Source of the DNA: Candidatus Pacearchaeota archaeon
GTDB taxonomy: Archaea > Nanobdellota > Nanobdellia > Pacearchaeales > GW2011-AR1
NCBI GenBank assembly: GCA_050124795.1
Contig: JASFEO010000003.1
Location: forward strand, 5,605 to 69,604
Direction of reading: 5' to 3'
Length of the DNA stretch: 64,000 nucleotides
Part shown: positions 17,863-27,689 of the stretch, piece after piece
Position numbering within the stretch: the stretch's first letter is position 1
How the letters are laid out: the number at the start of each line of letters is the position of its first letter
Program-made: the position numbers and the translations under genes
Notes under the pieces: model-generated
Database searches by the model: none
What the model saw: the letters and a program-made list of their open reading frames with translations, nothing else
Told to the model about the DNA's origin: nothing

Positions 17863-19065
17863 ATGAAACAAATACCAGAACTAAATATTGGAGTTGTAGG
17901 GCATATTGATCATGGAAAGACAACTTTACTTGGAAGGCTGACTGGAAAATTTACTGACACGCATTCTGAAGAATTAAAACGTGGGATAACAATAAAACTT
18001 GGTTATGCAGATATTTTAATTTCAAAAAATAAAGATAATTTTACAACTGAAAAGAAAGGTGAACCAGTTCGATATATTAGTTTTATCGACGCGCCGGGTC
18101 ATGAGATGTTAATGGCAACAATGCTTTCAGGAGCCGCGATTATTGACGGAGCAATTTTAGTTGTTGCTGCAAATGAGGGAATCAAGCCCCAGACAAAAGA
18201 GCACTTCATGGCTTTGCAGGCAAAAAAAATCAAGAATATAATTATTGTTCAAAATAAAATTGATTTAGTTACAAAAGAAGAGGCTTTGGAAAATTATAAA
18301 AAAATTAAGGAGTTTGTAAGGGGGAGCGCGGCAGAGAATTCTCCTGTTATCCCGATTTCTGCTCAGCAAGGAATTAATATTGACAAACTTTTAGAAGAAT
18401 TAACTAAATTTGAAATTCCCAAAAAAGATGTTGATGCAGAACCGGTTTTTTTAGTTGCAAGGAGTTTTGATATAAATAAGCCCGGGGGGGAGATTGAAAA
18501 ATTAAACGGGGGTGTTCTTGGGGGGATTTTAAAAAAAGGAAAATTAAAAGTAGGTGAGAAAATAGAAATTAAGCCGGGGTTAAGTTCTAAAAAAAATAAT
18601 CAATTAACTTATGAAACTCTTTACACGAAAATTTTGTCTTTGCATAAGGGAAATAAAAATGTGAAGGAGGTCCTGCCGGGGGCGAGCATTTCAATTGAAA
18701 CAGAACTTGACTCGTATTTAACAAAAACAGATTCTCTGACTGGCTGCATTGTTGGAAAAAAAGAAACATTGCCCGAGGCGACAAATAAAGTAAAATTAAA
18801 AACAGAACTTTTCAAGGAGGCGCTTGGAACAGGGGAAGAAAAAAAGATTGAAGAAATTAAAACAAAGGAAATGCTCATGCTTAGTGTTAACACAACAATT
18901 ACCGTCGGAACAGTTGAAAAAATCAAAGACGATATTGTTGAACTTTATTTAAACATCCCAATTGTTGCTTTAGAAAAGGACAATGTAGGAATTGCGCGAA
19001 ATATAAATGGTCACTGGAGATTAATCGGCTGGGGCGAAGTGGTTGGGGAGCGGGCAATTAGATAA
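17863..19065 (+). CDS. eif2g: Translation initiation factor 2 subunit gamma (aIF2-gamma)
   Basis: NIGVVGHIDHGKTTL (G1), DAPGHE (G3), NKIDL (G4), zinc-knuckle region absent/variant; 400 aa. Confidence 0.92.
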   Translation: MKQIPELNIGVVGHIDHGKTTLLGRLTGKFTDTHSEELKRGITIKLGYADILISKNKDNFTTEKKGEPVRYISFIDAPGHEMLMATMLSGAAIIDGAILVVAANEGIKPQTKEHFMALQAKKIKNIIIVQNKIDLVTKEEALENYKKIKEFVRGSAAENSPVIPISAQQGINIDKLLEELTKFEIPKKDVDAEPVFLVARSFDINKPGGEIEKLNGGVLGGILKKGKLKVGEKIEIKPGLSSKKNNQLTYETLYTKILSLHKGNKNVKEVLPGASISIETELDSYLTKTDSLTGCIVGKKETLPEATNKVKLKTELFKEALGTGEEKKIEEIKTKEMLMLSVNTTITVGTVEKIKDDIVELYLNIPIVALEKDNVGIARNINGHWRLIGWGEVVGERAIR

Positions 19066-19226
19066 ATTAAGGGAAATTTCTCATCCAAAAAATTTATAAA
19101 TGATTTAATTTTAAAAAATCTGTAAGACAAGAGAAACTAAATTAAAGATTATTAAATTCTCTATTTTGAAAATAGCAAATGACAATAAAAAAATTAAATT
19201 TGAAAAACTTAGTGAAGGTAATTTAA

Positions 19227-19952
19227 ATGGATATGCCAACAGATATGCAGCACCAGGCAATGGGTTATGACAGAACAGCGACGATGTTTTCCCCTGAGGG
19301 AACAATTTTGCAGGTTGAGTATGCGCAAAAAACTGTGAGACTTGGAGCGTCAAGTGTTGGGATGGTTTGTTCTGATGGCGCAATAATTATTGCTGACAAA
19401 AGAATTACTGATAAACTTGTTACACTTGAATCAACTTACAGAATTTATGAAATTGATTCTCACATTATTGCGAGCGCTGCAGGAATTGTTTCAGATGCAA
19501 GGGTTTTAATTGAAAGAGCGCAGGTCCAGGCACAGCAGCACAGGGTTACTTATGATTCGCCAATTGAACCGGAATTAATTATTAAGGATATTTCAAATGT
19601 AAAACAGCAGTTCAGCCAATACGGAGGAGCAAGGCCTTTCGGGGTTTCATTAATGGTTGCAGGAATTAACGGAAGTAAAGCAGAACTTTTCACAAGCGAC
19701 ATTACTGGAAATTATTTGTCCTATCATGCAAATGCAATCGGGGAAAACGACGAGAAGATAAAAGAAAAGTTAAGGGAAAAGTATAAACAAGATTTGACAA
19801 TGAAGAAAGGTGCTAAGTTAATTATTGATATTTTAAAGGAAATGCAAGGGACAAAGTTTGACTTGAACAGGCTGGAACTTGCATATTTAGAAAAACAAAA
19901 TGCAAGGTTAAAAAGAATTGAGGGAGAAAAAATTAAGGAGTTTGTAAAGTGA
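19227..19952 (+). CDS. psmA: Proteasome subunit alpha
   Basis: YDRTATMFSPEGTILQVEYAQK...GASSVGMV... Confidence 0.9.
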   Translation: MDMPTDMQHQAMGYDRTATMFSPEGTILQVEYAQKTVRLGASSVGMVCSDGAIIIADKRITDKLVTLESTYRIYEIDSHIIASAAGIVSDARVLIERAQVQAQQHRVTYDSPIEPELIIKDISNVKQQFSQYGGARPFGVSLMVAGINGSKAELFTSDITGNYLSYHANAIGENDEKIKEKLREKYKQDLTMKKGAKLIIDILKEMQGTKFDLNRLELAYLEKQNARLKRIEGEKIKEFVK

Positions 19953-19956
19953 GATT

Positions 19957-20256
19957 ATGGTAAATTTAGATCATGGAATTAGTAGTGAACCAATTGAACC
20001 AAAGGAGTATAATTTTAAAAAGAAGATAATTACTTCATTAGTCGTCCTTGGAACTTATGTTGCAATGGCAAGTAATTCTACTTTCTTCTTTACTTTAGAC
20101 CGTTTGATAAAAGAACATTCAAGAGAGGAGATAAATATAGAGGTTAATTCTGAGGATTCTGTTTTAAGGGGTTTTGCAAAGTATTCGATGTTTATCCCGG
20201 GAAAATTAGGGAAAAATCTAGCATATTATGTTTTTGACAAGGAGGACAGAAATTAA
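19957..20256 (+). CDS. Hypothetical protein (99 aa) inside exosome superoperon
   Basis: ORF track; tight spacing. Confidence 0.4.
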   Translation: MVNLDHGISSEPIEPKEYNFKKKIITSLVVLGTYVAMASNSTFFFTLDRLIKEHSREEINIEVNSEDSVLRGFAKYSMFIPGKLGKNLAYYVFDKEDRN

Positions 20257-20257
20257 A

Positions 20258-20578
20258 ATGAAATTTTTAGGATTAGATTTTTATTGGGATAATTTTGGAA
20301 TTGAAACTCCCAGTGGAGAAGCAATGATATTTTTTCCTTTTCCAAATATGCGAAGATATGAAGAGATTGTTATTACTTCGACTAAAAAAGAAAGTGGAAA
20401 AATTAAACATAAATCCAAACTAAAATATAGGTTTAAATCTCACAGAGACCCTTTATCAGTTGGTTTAGCAAGAGAGGTTTCTGCAAAACAATTATGTGAA
20501 AATAATTGGGGATTTTTACAAGACAAAAATATAGGAGAAAAAGTAACTTCGCAAGAATACTTATTTAGTAAATATTAA
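20258..20578 (+). CDS. Hypothetical protein (~106 aa from MKFLGL)
   Basis: ORF track; start chosen to avoid overlap. Confidence 0.4.
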   Translation: MKFLGLDFYWDNFGIETPSGEAMIFFPFPNMRRYEEIVITSTKKESGKIKHKSKLKYRFKSHRDPLSVGLAREVSAKQLCENNWGFLQDKNIGEKVTSQEYLFSKY

Positions 20579-20579
20579 A

Positions 20580-21251
20580 ATGACATCAACTATTGCAAGA
20601 ATAAGAAAATCAGGATTGAATTTTGAAATCAGGGTTGACTTGGATGATGCATTAAAACTAAAAAAAGATGAAGTTTCAGCAATTGATGTTGGGGGGGATA
20701 AGGTTTTTTCTGATATAAAAAAAGGTTTTGTTGCAGGAAATTCTGATTTGGAACTTGCATTCGGGACAACTGATATTCATGAGATTGCAAAGAGGATAAT
20801 TAAGGAAGGTGAAGTGCAGACGACTCAGGAACATAGAGACGAGGAAAGAGAAAAAAAGGTAAGGCAGGTTGTGAATTTTTTGGCTGCCAATGCAATCGAC
20901 CCTCAGACGAAAAATCCTGTTTCACAGTCGAGAATTGAAAGCGCATTAAAGGACGCGCATGTTAATATTAAGAATGTTCCAGTTGAAAATCAGATTAAGG
21001 AAATTGTCGAAGCAGTCTCAAAGGTTATCCCAATAAAATTAGAAATGAAAAAGGTGAAAATCACAATTCCTGCAATGCACACTGGTCGGGCTTATGGAGT
21101 TGTTTCACAATATAAGGAAAAAGAAAACTGGCTTGACAATGGAAATTTGGAAGTAGTGGTTTCTGTTCCAGCGGGGATAATTATGGATTTTTATGATAAA
21201 TTAAATAATGTAACACACGGCAGTGCAATTACTGAAGAGGTTAATGATTAA
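20580..21251 (+). CDS. sdo1: Ribosome maturation protein Sdo1/SBDS
   Basis: ARIRKSGLNFEIRVDLDDALKLKKDEVSAIDVGGDKVFSDIKKGFVAGNSDLELAFGTTDIHEIAKRIIKEGEVQTTQEHR matches SBDS N-terminal FYSH domain. Confidence 0.82.
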   Translation: MTSTIARIRKSGLNFEIRVDLDDALKLKKDEVSAIDVGGDKVFSDIKKGFVAGNSDLELAFGTTDIHEIAKRIIKEGEVQTTQEHRDEEREKKVRQVVNFLAANAIDPQTKNPVSQSRIESALKDAHVNIKNVPVENQIKEIVEAVSKVIPIKLEMKKVKITIPAMHTGRAYGVVSQYKEKENWLDNGNLEVVVSVPAGIIMDFYDKLNNVTHGSAITEEVND

Positions 21252-21420
21252 AATGCCAGACTCAAAATATTTTAGACCTGAACCTATCGATGTTCCGCAA
21301 AGAGAAGAGGACAATTATGTCGAAAAAGAGACTCCTTCTGATAAACTTTTTTTAGATGAAGATCCTAAAGTAAATGAAGTATTAAGATTTGGAGAATTAA
21401 ATATAAGGAGAGATTATTAA
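21244..21420 (+). CDS. Hypothetical small protein (~58 aa)
   Basis: ORF track; start overlaps sdo1 stop. Confidence 0.3.
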   Translation: MIKMPDSKYFRPEPIDVPQREEDNYVEKETPSDKLFLDEDPKVNEVLRFGELNIRRDY

Positions 21421-21684
21421 ATGAAACCAGAATATTTTTATAAATTAACTATCTCAAATTTTGATGAAGAAAACAATAGGATAACTTATGAAACAACAGA
21501 AGCGATAACTTTTAATGATCCAACTGACGGCGATGTAGGTTTAGAAGAGTTTTTAAGAAATAATCTTATTGATAGAATAAGGGCAGACCCTTCTGTGTTG
21601 CCAATCACCGGGAGATTAGGATTTCTCAGGAGGGAGCTAATAAACCAACAAACCCAAAACTTTAAAAGACAAATTTATGATTAA
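21421..21684 (+). CDS. Hypothetical protein (87 aa)
   Basis: ORF track; abutting neighbours. Confidence 0.4.
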   Translation: MKPEYFYKLTISNFDEENNRITYETTEAITFNDPTDGDVGLEEFLRNNLIDRIRADPSVLPITGRLGFLRRELINQQTQNFKRQIYD

Positions 21685-21689
21685 TTAAA

Positions 21690-22136
21690 ATGACAAAATA
21701 TGAAAACACACAAGAATTTTTAGACAATCTTTATAGTTGCGTTTTTGAGAGAACAAGGTCTCATTTTGCAGATTTTGGCTTAGCTGAAAGAGAGGATTTT
21801 ATCGGAGAGTCAAGCATACATGAAATTTCACTTAAACCATCTATCGGGGATTATTCTGTTGAAGTAATAAGAAGCTTGATAGAAAATTGTGCTAATCAAG
21901 AAAACTATTCTGAAAAAGAATTAGACAGCCTATTTTCTGGATTTGATTCAGTGATGTTCACAAATGAGGCAGGTCTTTCTCAAAAACAAGGAAGTCTCAT
22001 GATATCTTTAGTTAAGAAAACATTACTTGAAGATATGTTAGAAAATCCTGTTGAAATAGATTTTAACAAAAAATCTTATTGTATTGAAAAAACTAATGAA
22101 GGATTATCCGTAACTAATCTGGGAGGAAGAAATTAA
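21690..22136 (+). CDS. Hypothetical protein (148 aa)
   Basis: ORF track; TAAAATGAC junction. Confidence 0.45.
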   Translation: MTKYENTQEFLDNLYSCVFERTRSHFADFGLAEREDFIGESSIHEISLKPSIGDYSVEVIRSLIENCANQENYSEKELDSLFSGFDSVMFTNEAGLSQKQGSLMISLVKKTLLEDMLENPVEIDFNKKSYCIEKTNEGLSVTNLGGRN

Positions 22137-22137
22137 A

Positions 22138-22389
22138 ATGACAAATGAAAAATACACTTTAGGAAAAAACTCATGCGATTGTCATCCTGAAACATGCCAT
22201 TGCGCAGATTATGCAATTTACGAGGAAGGGAAAAAATATATCCCAGTTTTTGATAGACCAAAAGGAGAACATATTGTTAATGCTTTAAATCTTCTTGATA
22301 AATTGCAAAATCAATCTCAGGCTTCTGAAGAAAGATTAGACTCACTTGGAAATTGTCGGCGAGGATTAGATAATGGAGGCAAATACTAA
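22138..22389 (+). CDS. Hypothetical Cys-containing protein (83 aa; C-x-C-H...C-H-C)
   Basis: MTNEKYTLGKNSCDCHPETCHCADYAIYEEG... Confidence 0.4.
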   Translation: MTNEKYTLGKNSCDCHPETCHCADYAIYEEGKKYIPVFDRPKGEHIVNALNLLDKLQNQSQASEERLDSLGNCRRGLDNGGKY

Positions 22390-23060
22390 TGACAAATAGA
22401 AAAGTAGTTATTCCAGGAGAAGTTATTTCCAGTGGTGATGATTTTTTGCCTGGTGAAGGGACAGAAAAAAAAGACAATGATATTGTTGCATTAAGATTTG
22501 GTCTTGCTGAGGAATCAGGAAAACTTGTAAAAGTAATCCCCTTGTCAGGAGTTTATCAGGCTCGCAGAGGAAATGTTGTAATAGGAAATGTTGAAAATGT
22601 GACCTTCAATGGCTGGATAATTGATATCGGAGTTCCTGAAACAGCTTTTTTATCTTTAACTGAAGTGCCAATGTATGTTAATAAAAACGGGCTGGATGAA
22701 GTCATGGATATCGGCGACATGGTTGTTGCAAAAATCTGGAGCATGAATAAAAGAGGAGTTGACTTAAGTATAAAATCAAGAGGGCTTGGAAAAATCGACG
22801 AGGGAATAATTGTAAAAGTAAATCCAAACAAAGTTCCGAGGATAATCGGCAAGGAAGGAAGCATGATAAGTTTAATTAAAGACAAAACAAACTGCAATAT
22901 CACAGTGGGGCAAAATGGATTTATCTGGATAAAGGGCGAGAAAGTTGATGAAGAGTTATTTGCAAAAAGAGCGATTAATTTTGTTGCTGAAAAATCTTTT
23001 ATACAAGGTTTAACAGAAGAAGTTGAAAAATGGTTTAGTGAAAATGGAGGTAAAAAATAA
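22389..23060 (+). CDS. rrp4: Exosome complex RNA-binding subunit Rrp4 (S1 + KH)
   Basis: VVIPGEVISSGDDFLPGEG; S1 region GNVVIGNVENVTFNGWIIDIG; KH VPRIIGKEGSMISLIKDKTNCNITVGQNGFIWIKG. Confidence 0.85.
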   Translation: MTNRKVVIPGEVISSGDDFLPGEGTEKKDNDIVALRFGLAEESGKLVKVIPLSGVYQARRGNVVIGNVENVTFNGWIIDIGVPETAFLSLTEVPMYVNKNGLDEVMDIGDMVVAKIWSMNKRGVDLSIKSRGLGKIDEGIIVKVNPNKVPRIIGKEGSMISLIKDKTNCNITVGQNGFIWIKGEKVDEELFAKRAINFVAEKSFIQGLTEEVEKWFSENGGKK

Positions 23061-23061
23061 A

Positions 23062-23346
23062 ATGACAAATGAAACTGAACTTTTTAAGAGAATAAATGAA
23101 GCTTATCCTCGCGGGAAAATGCTTTCACCAACACCCGCCTATTATGAGATTGTTCTTTCTTCAGGAGAATATAAAATTTTAGCAACTTATGAAAATCTAG
23201 ATGGAACTAATGAAGAAGATTGGACCAAAGATGAGATTAGGATAAATAATGTTCCCGAAAGGTTTAAAGAACATTTTATTTTTAGAGATTTTGTAGATAA
23301 AAATAAAGAGAAGTTTCCAGAATTAAAAAAGATATTAATAAATTAA
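23062..23346 (+). CDS. Hypothetical protein (~94 aa) inserted between rrp4 and rrp41
   Basis: MTNETELFKRINEAYPRGKMLSPTPAYYEIVLSSGEYKILATYENLDGTNEEDW...; TAAAATGAC start. Confidence 0.4.
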   Translation: MTNETELFKRINEAYPRGKMLSPTPAYYEIVLSSGEYKILATYENLDGTNEEDWTKDEIRINNVPERFKEHFIFRDFVDKNKEKFPELKKILIN

Positions 23347-23347
23347 A

Positions 23348-24079
23348 ATGACAAAAGAATTCAAAAGAAAATCAGGAAGAAAGCCAGACGAGTTTAGAAC
23401 TCCGATTTCAGCAAAAGTTGGGGTTGTGAAAAGCGCAGATGGCAGTGCTATTTGGCAGCAGGGAAAAACAATTGCAATTGCTTCTGTTTTCGGGCCAAAA
23501 AAAATGCACCCGCAGCATTTGCAGGATCCTGAAAAAGGGACTCTAAGATGTACTTATAATATGATTAGTTTCTCAGTTACTGACAGAATAAGACCCGGAA
23601 TTAACAGAAGGTCTACTGAAATTTCAAAAATAATGGAGTGGGCGCTTGAGCCGGTTTTGTTAATTGACAAATACGCAAACATGGTTATTGATGTTCATGT
23701 GAATATTATTCAGGCAGATGCAGGAACGCGGTGTGCAGCAATTAATGCAGCAGCAATGGCTTTGGCTCATGCAGGAATTCCAATGAAAAATATTGTTTCA
23801 AGTATTGCAGCAGGAAAACTTGACAAGACAGTTGTTTTAGATTTAGATAAATACGAAGATTCAGAATTTGAAGAGGGCGAGGGTTCAACTGATATCCCAA
23901 TGACTTTTACTCCTGACGGAAAACTTACACACATTCAGGTTGACGGCAAAATTGATAAAGGGCAATTACTCGAAGCAATTGAAATGGCAAAAGAAGCTGC
24001 GAAGGAAATTTATGAAGTTCAAAAACAGGCTTTAAAAGATTCAGTTAAAAATTCAGATGAAGAAGGAGGAGAAAAATAA
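23348..24079 (+). CDS. rrp41: Exosome complex exonuclease Rrp41 (RNase PH-like)
   Basis: RKPDEFRTPISAKVGVVKSADGSAIWQQGKTIAIASVFGPKK...DVHVNIIQADAGTRCAAINAAAMALAHAGIPMK. Confidence 0.88.
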   Translation: MTKEFKRKSGRKPDEFRTPISAKVGVVKSADGSAIWQQGKTIAIASVFGPKKMHPQHLQDPEKGTLRCTYNMISFSVTDRIRPGINRRSTEISKIMEWALEPVLLIDKYANMVIDVHVNIIQADAGTRCAAINAAAMALAHAGIPMKNIVSSIAAGKLDKTVVLDLDKYEDSEFEEGEGSTDIPMTFTPDGKLTHIQVDGKIDKGQLLEAIEMAKEAAKEIYEVQKQALKDSVKNSDEEGGEK

Positions 24080-24080
24080 A

Positions 24081-24890
24081 ATGGATAAAGTGCAAACAAC
24101 ATCAGACATAACAGCAGAAAGAATTGTTAAGTATATGGAAGAAGGCAAACGTTTTGACGGCAGGGGGCTTGATGAATTTAGAGAAATAGAAGTCGAGACA
24201 GGTGTTTCAAAAAATGCAGAGGGCTCAGCAAGGGTTAAAATTGGAAAGACTGAAGTTATTGTTGGTGTTAAAATGGATGTTGCTACGCCTTATCCTGATT
24301 CGCCTGATAAAGGGAACATGATGGTGACTGCTGAACTTTTGCCTTTGAGTTCGCCGAGGTTTGAATATGGTCCTCCGAAATTTCCTGCAATTGAATTGGG
24401 GAGAGTTATTGACAGAGGAATTCGTGAATCGCATTTTATTGATTTGGAAAAACTTTGCATTAAGGAAGGGGAGAAAGTCTGGACAGTTTTCATAGATATT
24501 TATACAATTAATGACGACGGAAATTTGTTTGATGCTGCAGGCTTGGGCGCAATAATTGCTTTGAAAAATGCTCGCGTTCCAAAGTATGATGAAGAAAATG
24601 AAAGAGTTTTATATGGAGAATTAACTGATGAAAATGTTCCTTTAAGCAAGACAACTCCGATTTCAATTACTACTCACAAAATCGACGGCAAATTCATAGT
24701 TGACCCGACTCGCGAGGAAGAAGACATAAGCGAAACACGGATAACAATCGGAAGCACTGACGGCGTTATTTCATCAATGCAAAAAGGAGAAAAAAGCGCA
24801 TTAACAATTGAGGAATTTTCAGAAGCACTTGACTTAGTCAATAAAGTGTATAAAGAAATTTTTAAAAAGTTAGAAAAACATTTAAAATAA
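24081..24890 (+). CDS. rrp42: Exosome complex subunit Rrp42 (RNase PH-like, inactive)
   Basis: GKRFDGRGLDEFREIEVETGVSKNAEGSARVKIGKTEVIVGVKMDV...FIDIYTINDDGNLFDAAGLGAIIALKNARVPK. Confidence 0.85.
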   Translation: MDKVQTTSDITAERIVKYMEEGKRFDGRGLDEFREIEVETGVSKNAEGSARVKIGKTEVIVGVKMDVATPYPDSPDKGNMMVTAELLPLSSPRFEYGPPKFPAIELGRVIDRGIRESHFIDLEKLCIKEGEKVWTVFIDIYTINDDGNLFDAAGLGAIIALKNARVPKYDEENERVLYGELTDENVPLSKTTPISITTHKIDGKFIVDPTREEEDISETRITIGSTDGVISSMQKGEKSALTIEEFSEALDLVNKVYKEIFKKLEKHLK

Positions 24891-25262
24891 ATGAAAGCTG
24901 AAAATTTTACAAAATATGAGCAGGCGAGAATTCTTGGAGCGCGGGCTTTGCAAATTGCAATGAATGCGCCTTTGTTAATTAAGATTGAAAAAGATGATTT
25001 AGAGAAAGTAAAGTTTGATGCTTTGAAAATTGCAGAAATTGAGTTGAGGTCAAATATTCTGCCGATTTCAATTAAGAAACCTTTTCCCGGAAAAAAACAA
25101 GGAGCATTAAAAAGAATTCCGGAAGTTAAGTTAACTGAAAAGAAAAAGAAAGCTTTAGAAGAAGAGGAAGAAAAGGATATTTCCTCAGAAGGAGAAATCA
25201 TGGCTTTGGCAAATCCTGAGGACGAGCGTGAAGATTCTGATGAAGGAAATAGTGAAGAGTGA
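24891..25262 (+). CDS. rpoK: RNA polymerase subunit Rpo6/RpoK (Rpb6-like) with ~60 aa K/E/D-rich C-terminal extension
   Basis: TKYEQARILGARALQIAMNAPLLIKIEKDD..DALKIAEIELRSNILPISIKKPFPG matches Rpb6/RpoK core. Confidence 0.6.
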   Translation: MKAENFTKYEQARILGARALQIAMNAPLLIKIEKDDLEKVKFDALKIAEIELRSNILPISIKKPFPGKKQGALKRIPEVKLTEKKKKALEEEEEKDISSEGEIMALANPEDEREDSDEGNSEE

Positions 25263-25289
25263 AAAATTATTTAAATAAATTTAAATGAT

Positions 25290-25781
25290 TCAATCTTCAT
25301 CTTCAAAAAAACTATCTAAAGTTGGAATTTTCGGCTCCACTATATCATAAATTTCAATCCCTTTACCATTAATTCTTAATTTTCCCCATTGCTGGACTTG
25401 CCCTCCATTTTCTACATATTGAAAAAATTCATTATGAAGTCTTTTGTAAAAATCTTTTTTTGACTTTGGAACTTCTAAAGATTCCTCTAACCAGTTTAAT
25501 AAAATCTGATTAAATTCTCCGCGTTTAGAAACTTCTGTTAAATATCTTGAAGAATAATTATGTATCACATCCTCTAAACTTTCTGAAAGGTCTTTTCTAT
25601 AACCATTTTTTGAAAGACTTGAAAATGATTTCCAAAATCTGCCATGAGATAACTCATGAAAACCATCTGAAATGAACGAATTAAAAAGTCCTCTCCAACT
25701 ATCCTGAACTAATCGATATTTAAAATATTCTCTTCGGTATTCCCCAGCCAACTTCCTGCTTGGGGTAAATTGGTTTTCCAT
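25290..25781 (-). CDS. Hypothetical protein (163 aa)
   Basis: ORF track. Confidence 0.4.
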   Translation of the reverse strand: MENQFTPSRKLAGEYRREYFKYRLVQDSWRGLFNSFISDGFHELSHGRFWKSFSSLSKNGYRKDLSESLEDVIHNYSSRYLTEVSKRGEFNQILLNWLEESLEVPKSKKDFYKRLHNEFFQYVENGGQVQQWGKLRINGKGIEIYDIVEPKIPTLDSFFEDED

Positions 25782-25880
25782 AAAAATAATTTTTAATTGA
25801 ACTTAATAAATATTATTATACTTTAGACTACATTGCGAAGCATACAAAATCTATATAAACCAGATTTCATTTTGTTCTTT

Positions 25881-27041
25881 ATGGTTGTGATAAAAGGAGT
25901 TGATGCCAAGGCAATTCGTGATTCCCGTCGTGAAAAAACTATTTTTGTTGCAATAAAGACAAATGTTGGGAAATTTTCTGCATCAGCGCCAAATGGAAAG
26001 TCAACTGGCAAGAGAGAAGCGAAAAGTTACAGAAAAGATTTAGAGGGCGACATAAAAACAATAAAAGATTTTAGTGATTATTTTTCAAATGAGCAAATTG
26101 AAAAGTTTGATGACCTGAGAAGAATTGAAGATATTGTCGACAGGCACATTGGAGCAAACACTTTACTGGCGCTTGAATATGCAGTTCTAAAGGCAATTGC
26201 AAAAGAACAAAAAAAAGAAGTCTGGCAACTTATTAATGAAAAGGCAAAAAAATTCCCAAGACCAGTCGGCAACTGCATTGGGGGAGGAGCGCATTCAAAC
26301 ACAGACAAGAAACCTGATTTTCAGGAATTTTTATTAATTCCAAATTTAAAAACTTTTAAGGAAAATTATGAATTAAATAAAAAAATAAAATCCAGTGTTG
26401 AGACAACTTTGAAGAGGCTTGACAAAAATTTTAAATCTAAAAAAAATGACGAGAATGCCTGGGTAACGCACTTAAATGAAAAGCAGGTTTTTGAAATCTT
26501 AAAGGAGGCAGAAATTCCAATTGGAACAGATGTTGCGTCTTCAAACTTTTTTAAGAGAAAAAAATATTCATATTTTAATCCGCCTTTGAAGAGAACAGAG
26601 GAAGAGCAGTTTGGGTATGTTTCTAATTTAATTAAAAATTTTAATTTGTTTTATATTGAAGATGCATTTGGGGAAGAGGATTTTACAGGTTTTGCAAAAC
26701 TCCTTAAAAAATTTCCTGAATCATTAATTGTCGGGGATGATTTGACTGTTACAAATTCAAAGAGACTGAAAAAAGCAATTGATGAAAAGGCGATTAATGC
26801 AATTATTGTTAAACCAAATCAGTGCGGCTCACTTTTGGAAGTTGCAAGAGTTTGCGAAATGGCAAAAGAAAATAATATTAAAACTATTTTCTCGCACAGA
26901 AGCGGAGAAACTGACGAGAGTATTTTAGCTGATTTGGCTTTTGGATTCCAAGCTGATTTTTTTAAATGCGGAATTGACGGCAAAGTTCGTGAAGCAAAAC
27001 TGAAACGATTGATTGAGATTGAGAAGAGTTTGGGAAAATGA
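25881..27041 (+). CDS. eno: Enolase (divergent)
   Basis: MVVIKGVDAKAIRDSRREKTIFVAIKTN...SAPNGKSTGKREAKSYRKD; SHRSGETDESILADLAFG (enolase SHRSGETED motif); KPNQCGSLLE (KxNQIGT-like). Confidence 0.78.
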   Translation: MVVIKGVDAKAIRDSRREKTIFVAIKTNVGKFSASAPNGKSTGKREAKSYRKDLEGDIKTIKDFSDYFSNEQIEKFDDLRRIEDIVDRHIGANTLLALEYAVLKAIAKEQKKEVWQLINEKAKKFPRPVGNCIGGGAHSNTDKKPDFQEFLLIPNLKTFKENYELNKKIKSSVETTLKRLDKNFKSKKNDENAWVTHLNEKQVFEILKEAEIPIGTDVASSNFFKRKKYSYFNPPLKRTEEEQFGYVSNLIKNFNLFYIEDAFGEEDFTGFAKLLKKFPESLIVGDDLTVTNSKRLKKAIDEKAINAIIVKPNQCGSLLEVARVCEMAKENNIKTIFSHRSGETDESILADLAFGFQADFFKCGIDGKVREAKLKRLIEIEKSLGK

Positions 27042-27634
27042 AAAAGTGGGAAAGATTATATTTAGAGGGGAAATTTAAGATAGATAGTTTTGCCCCAAGC
27101 AAATTAGTTAAGGGAATATTAAAATACCAAGATAAGTTCGATAATGTTCTGGATATCAGGTGCGGGAACGGAAGAAATTCTGTTTATCTCTCTAAATTCT
27201 CAGTGAAGATTGATTCAATCGATAAAGTTGATTTGGATTTCTTAAAACAATCTCCAAAAAGTGCAAAAGATAAAATTAGGTTTTATAAGAAAGATATAGA
27301 AAAATTTAATTTTGAGAAAAAGGAATATGATTTAATCCTGATGATAAGAATTATACAGTATATCCCGAAATATAAATTAAAAAAAATTTTTCATAATCTA
27401 TCAAAAGTATTGAAGAAGAATGGATTAATCATAATTAGTTATACTCAATCTGGGGGGATTTTTAGCCAGAACCTAAATATAAAAAAGTATAAACATTCAA
27501 TTGAATTTTTAAAAAAATTATTTAGTGAAAATGGATTAAAAACTAAAATGATTAGAAAAGGTTGTGAAAATACTACTCATGTTCCTTATAAATGCAAAGT
27601 AAAAACATATGAATTAATTTTGATAAAAAAATAA
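27038..27634 (+). CDS. Class I SAM-dependent methyltransferase (TehB-like)
   Basis: VLDIRCGNGRNSVYL (motif I), ...YDLILMIRIIQY; start overlaps eno stop (ATGA). Confidence 0.6.
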   Translation: MKKWERLYLEGKFKIDSFAPSKLVKGILKYQDKFDNVLDIRCGNGRNSVYLSKFSVKIDSIDKVDLDFLKQSPKSAKDKIRFYKKDIEKFNFEKKEYDLILMIRIIQYIPKYKLKKIFHNLSKVLKKNGLIIISYTQSGGIFSQNLNIKKYKHSIEFLKKLFSENGLKTKMIRKGCENTTHVPYKCKVKTYELILIKK

Positions 27635-27689
27635 TTAATTGAAAATTCTCAATCCAAATCTTTTTAAACTAAATTTCTTGTTAAGTTAC

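Noticed and set aside
22556-23068. 170-aa minus-strand ORF
   Set aside because: Antisense to Rrp4, which has clear S1/KH motifs.
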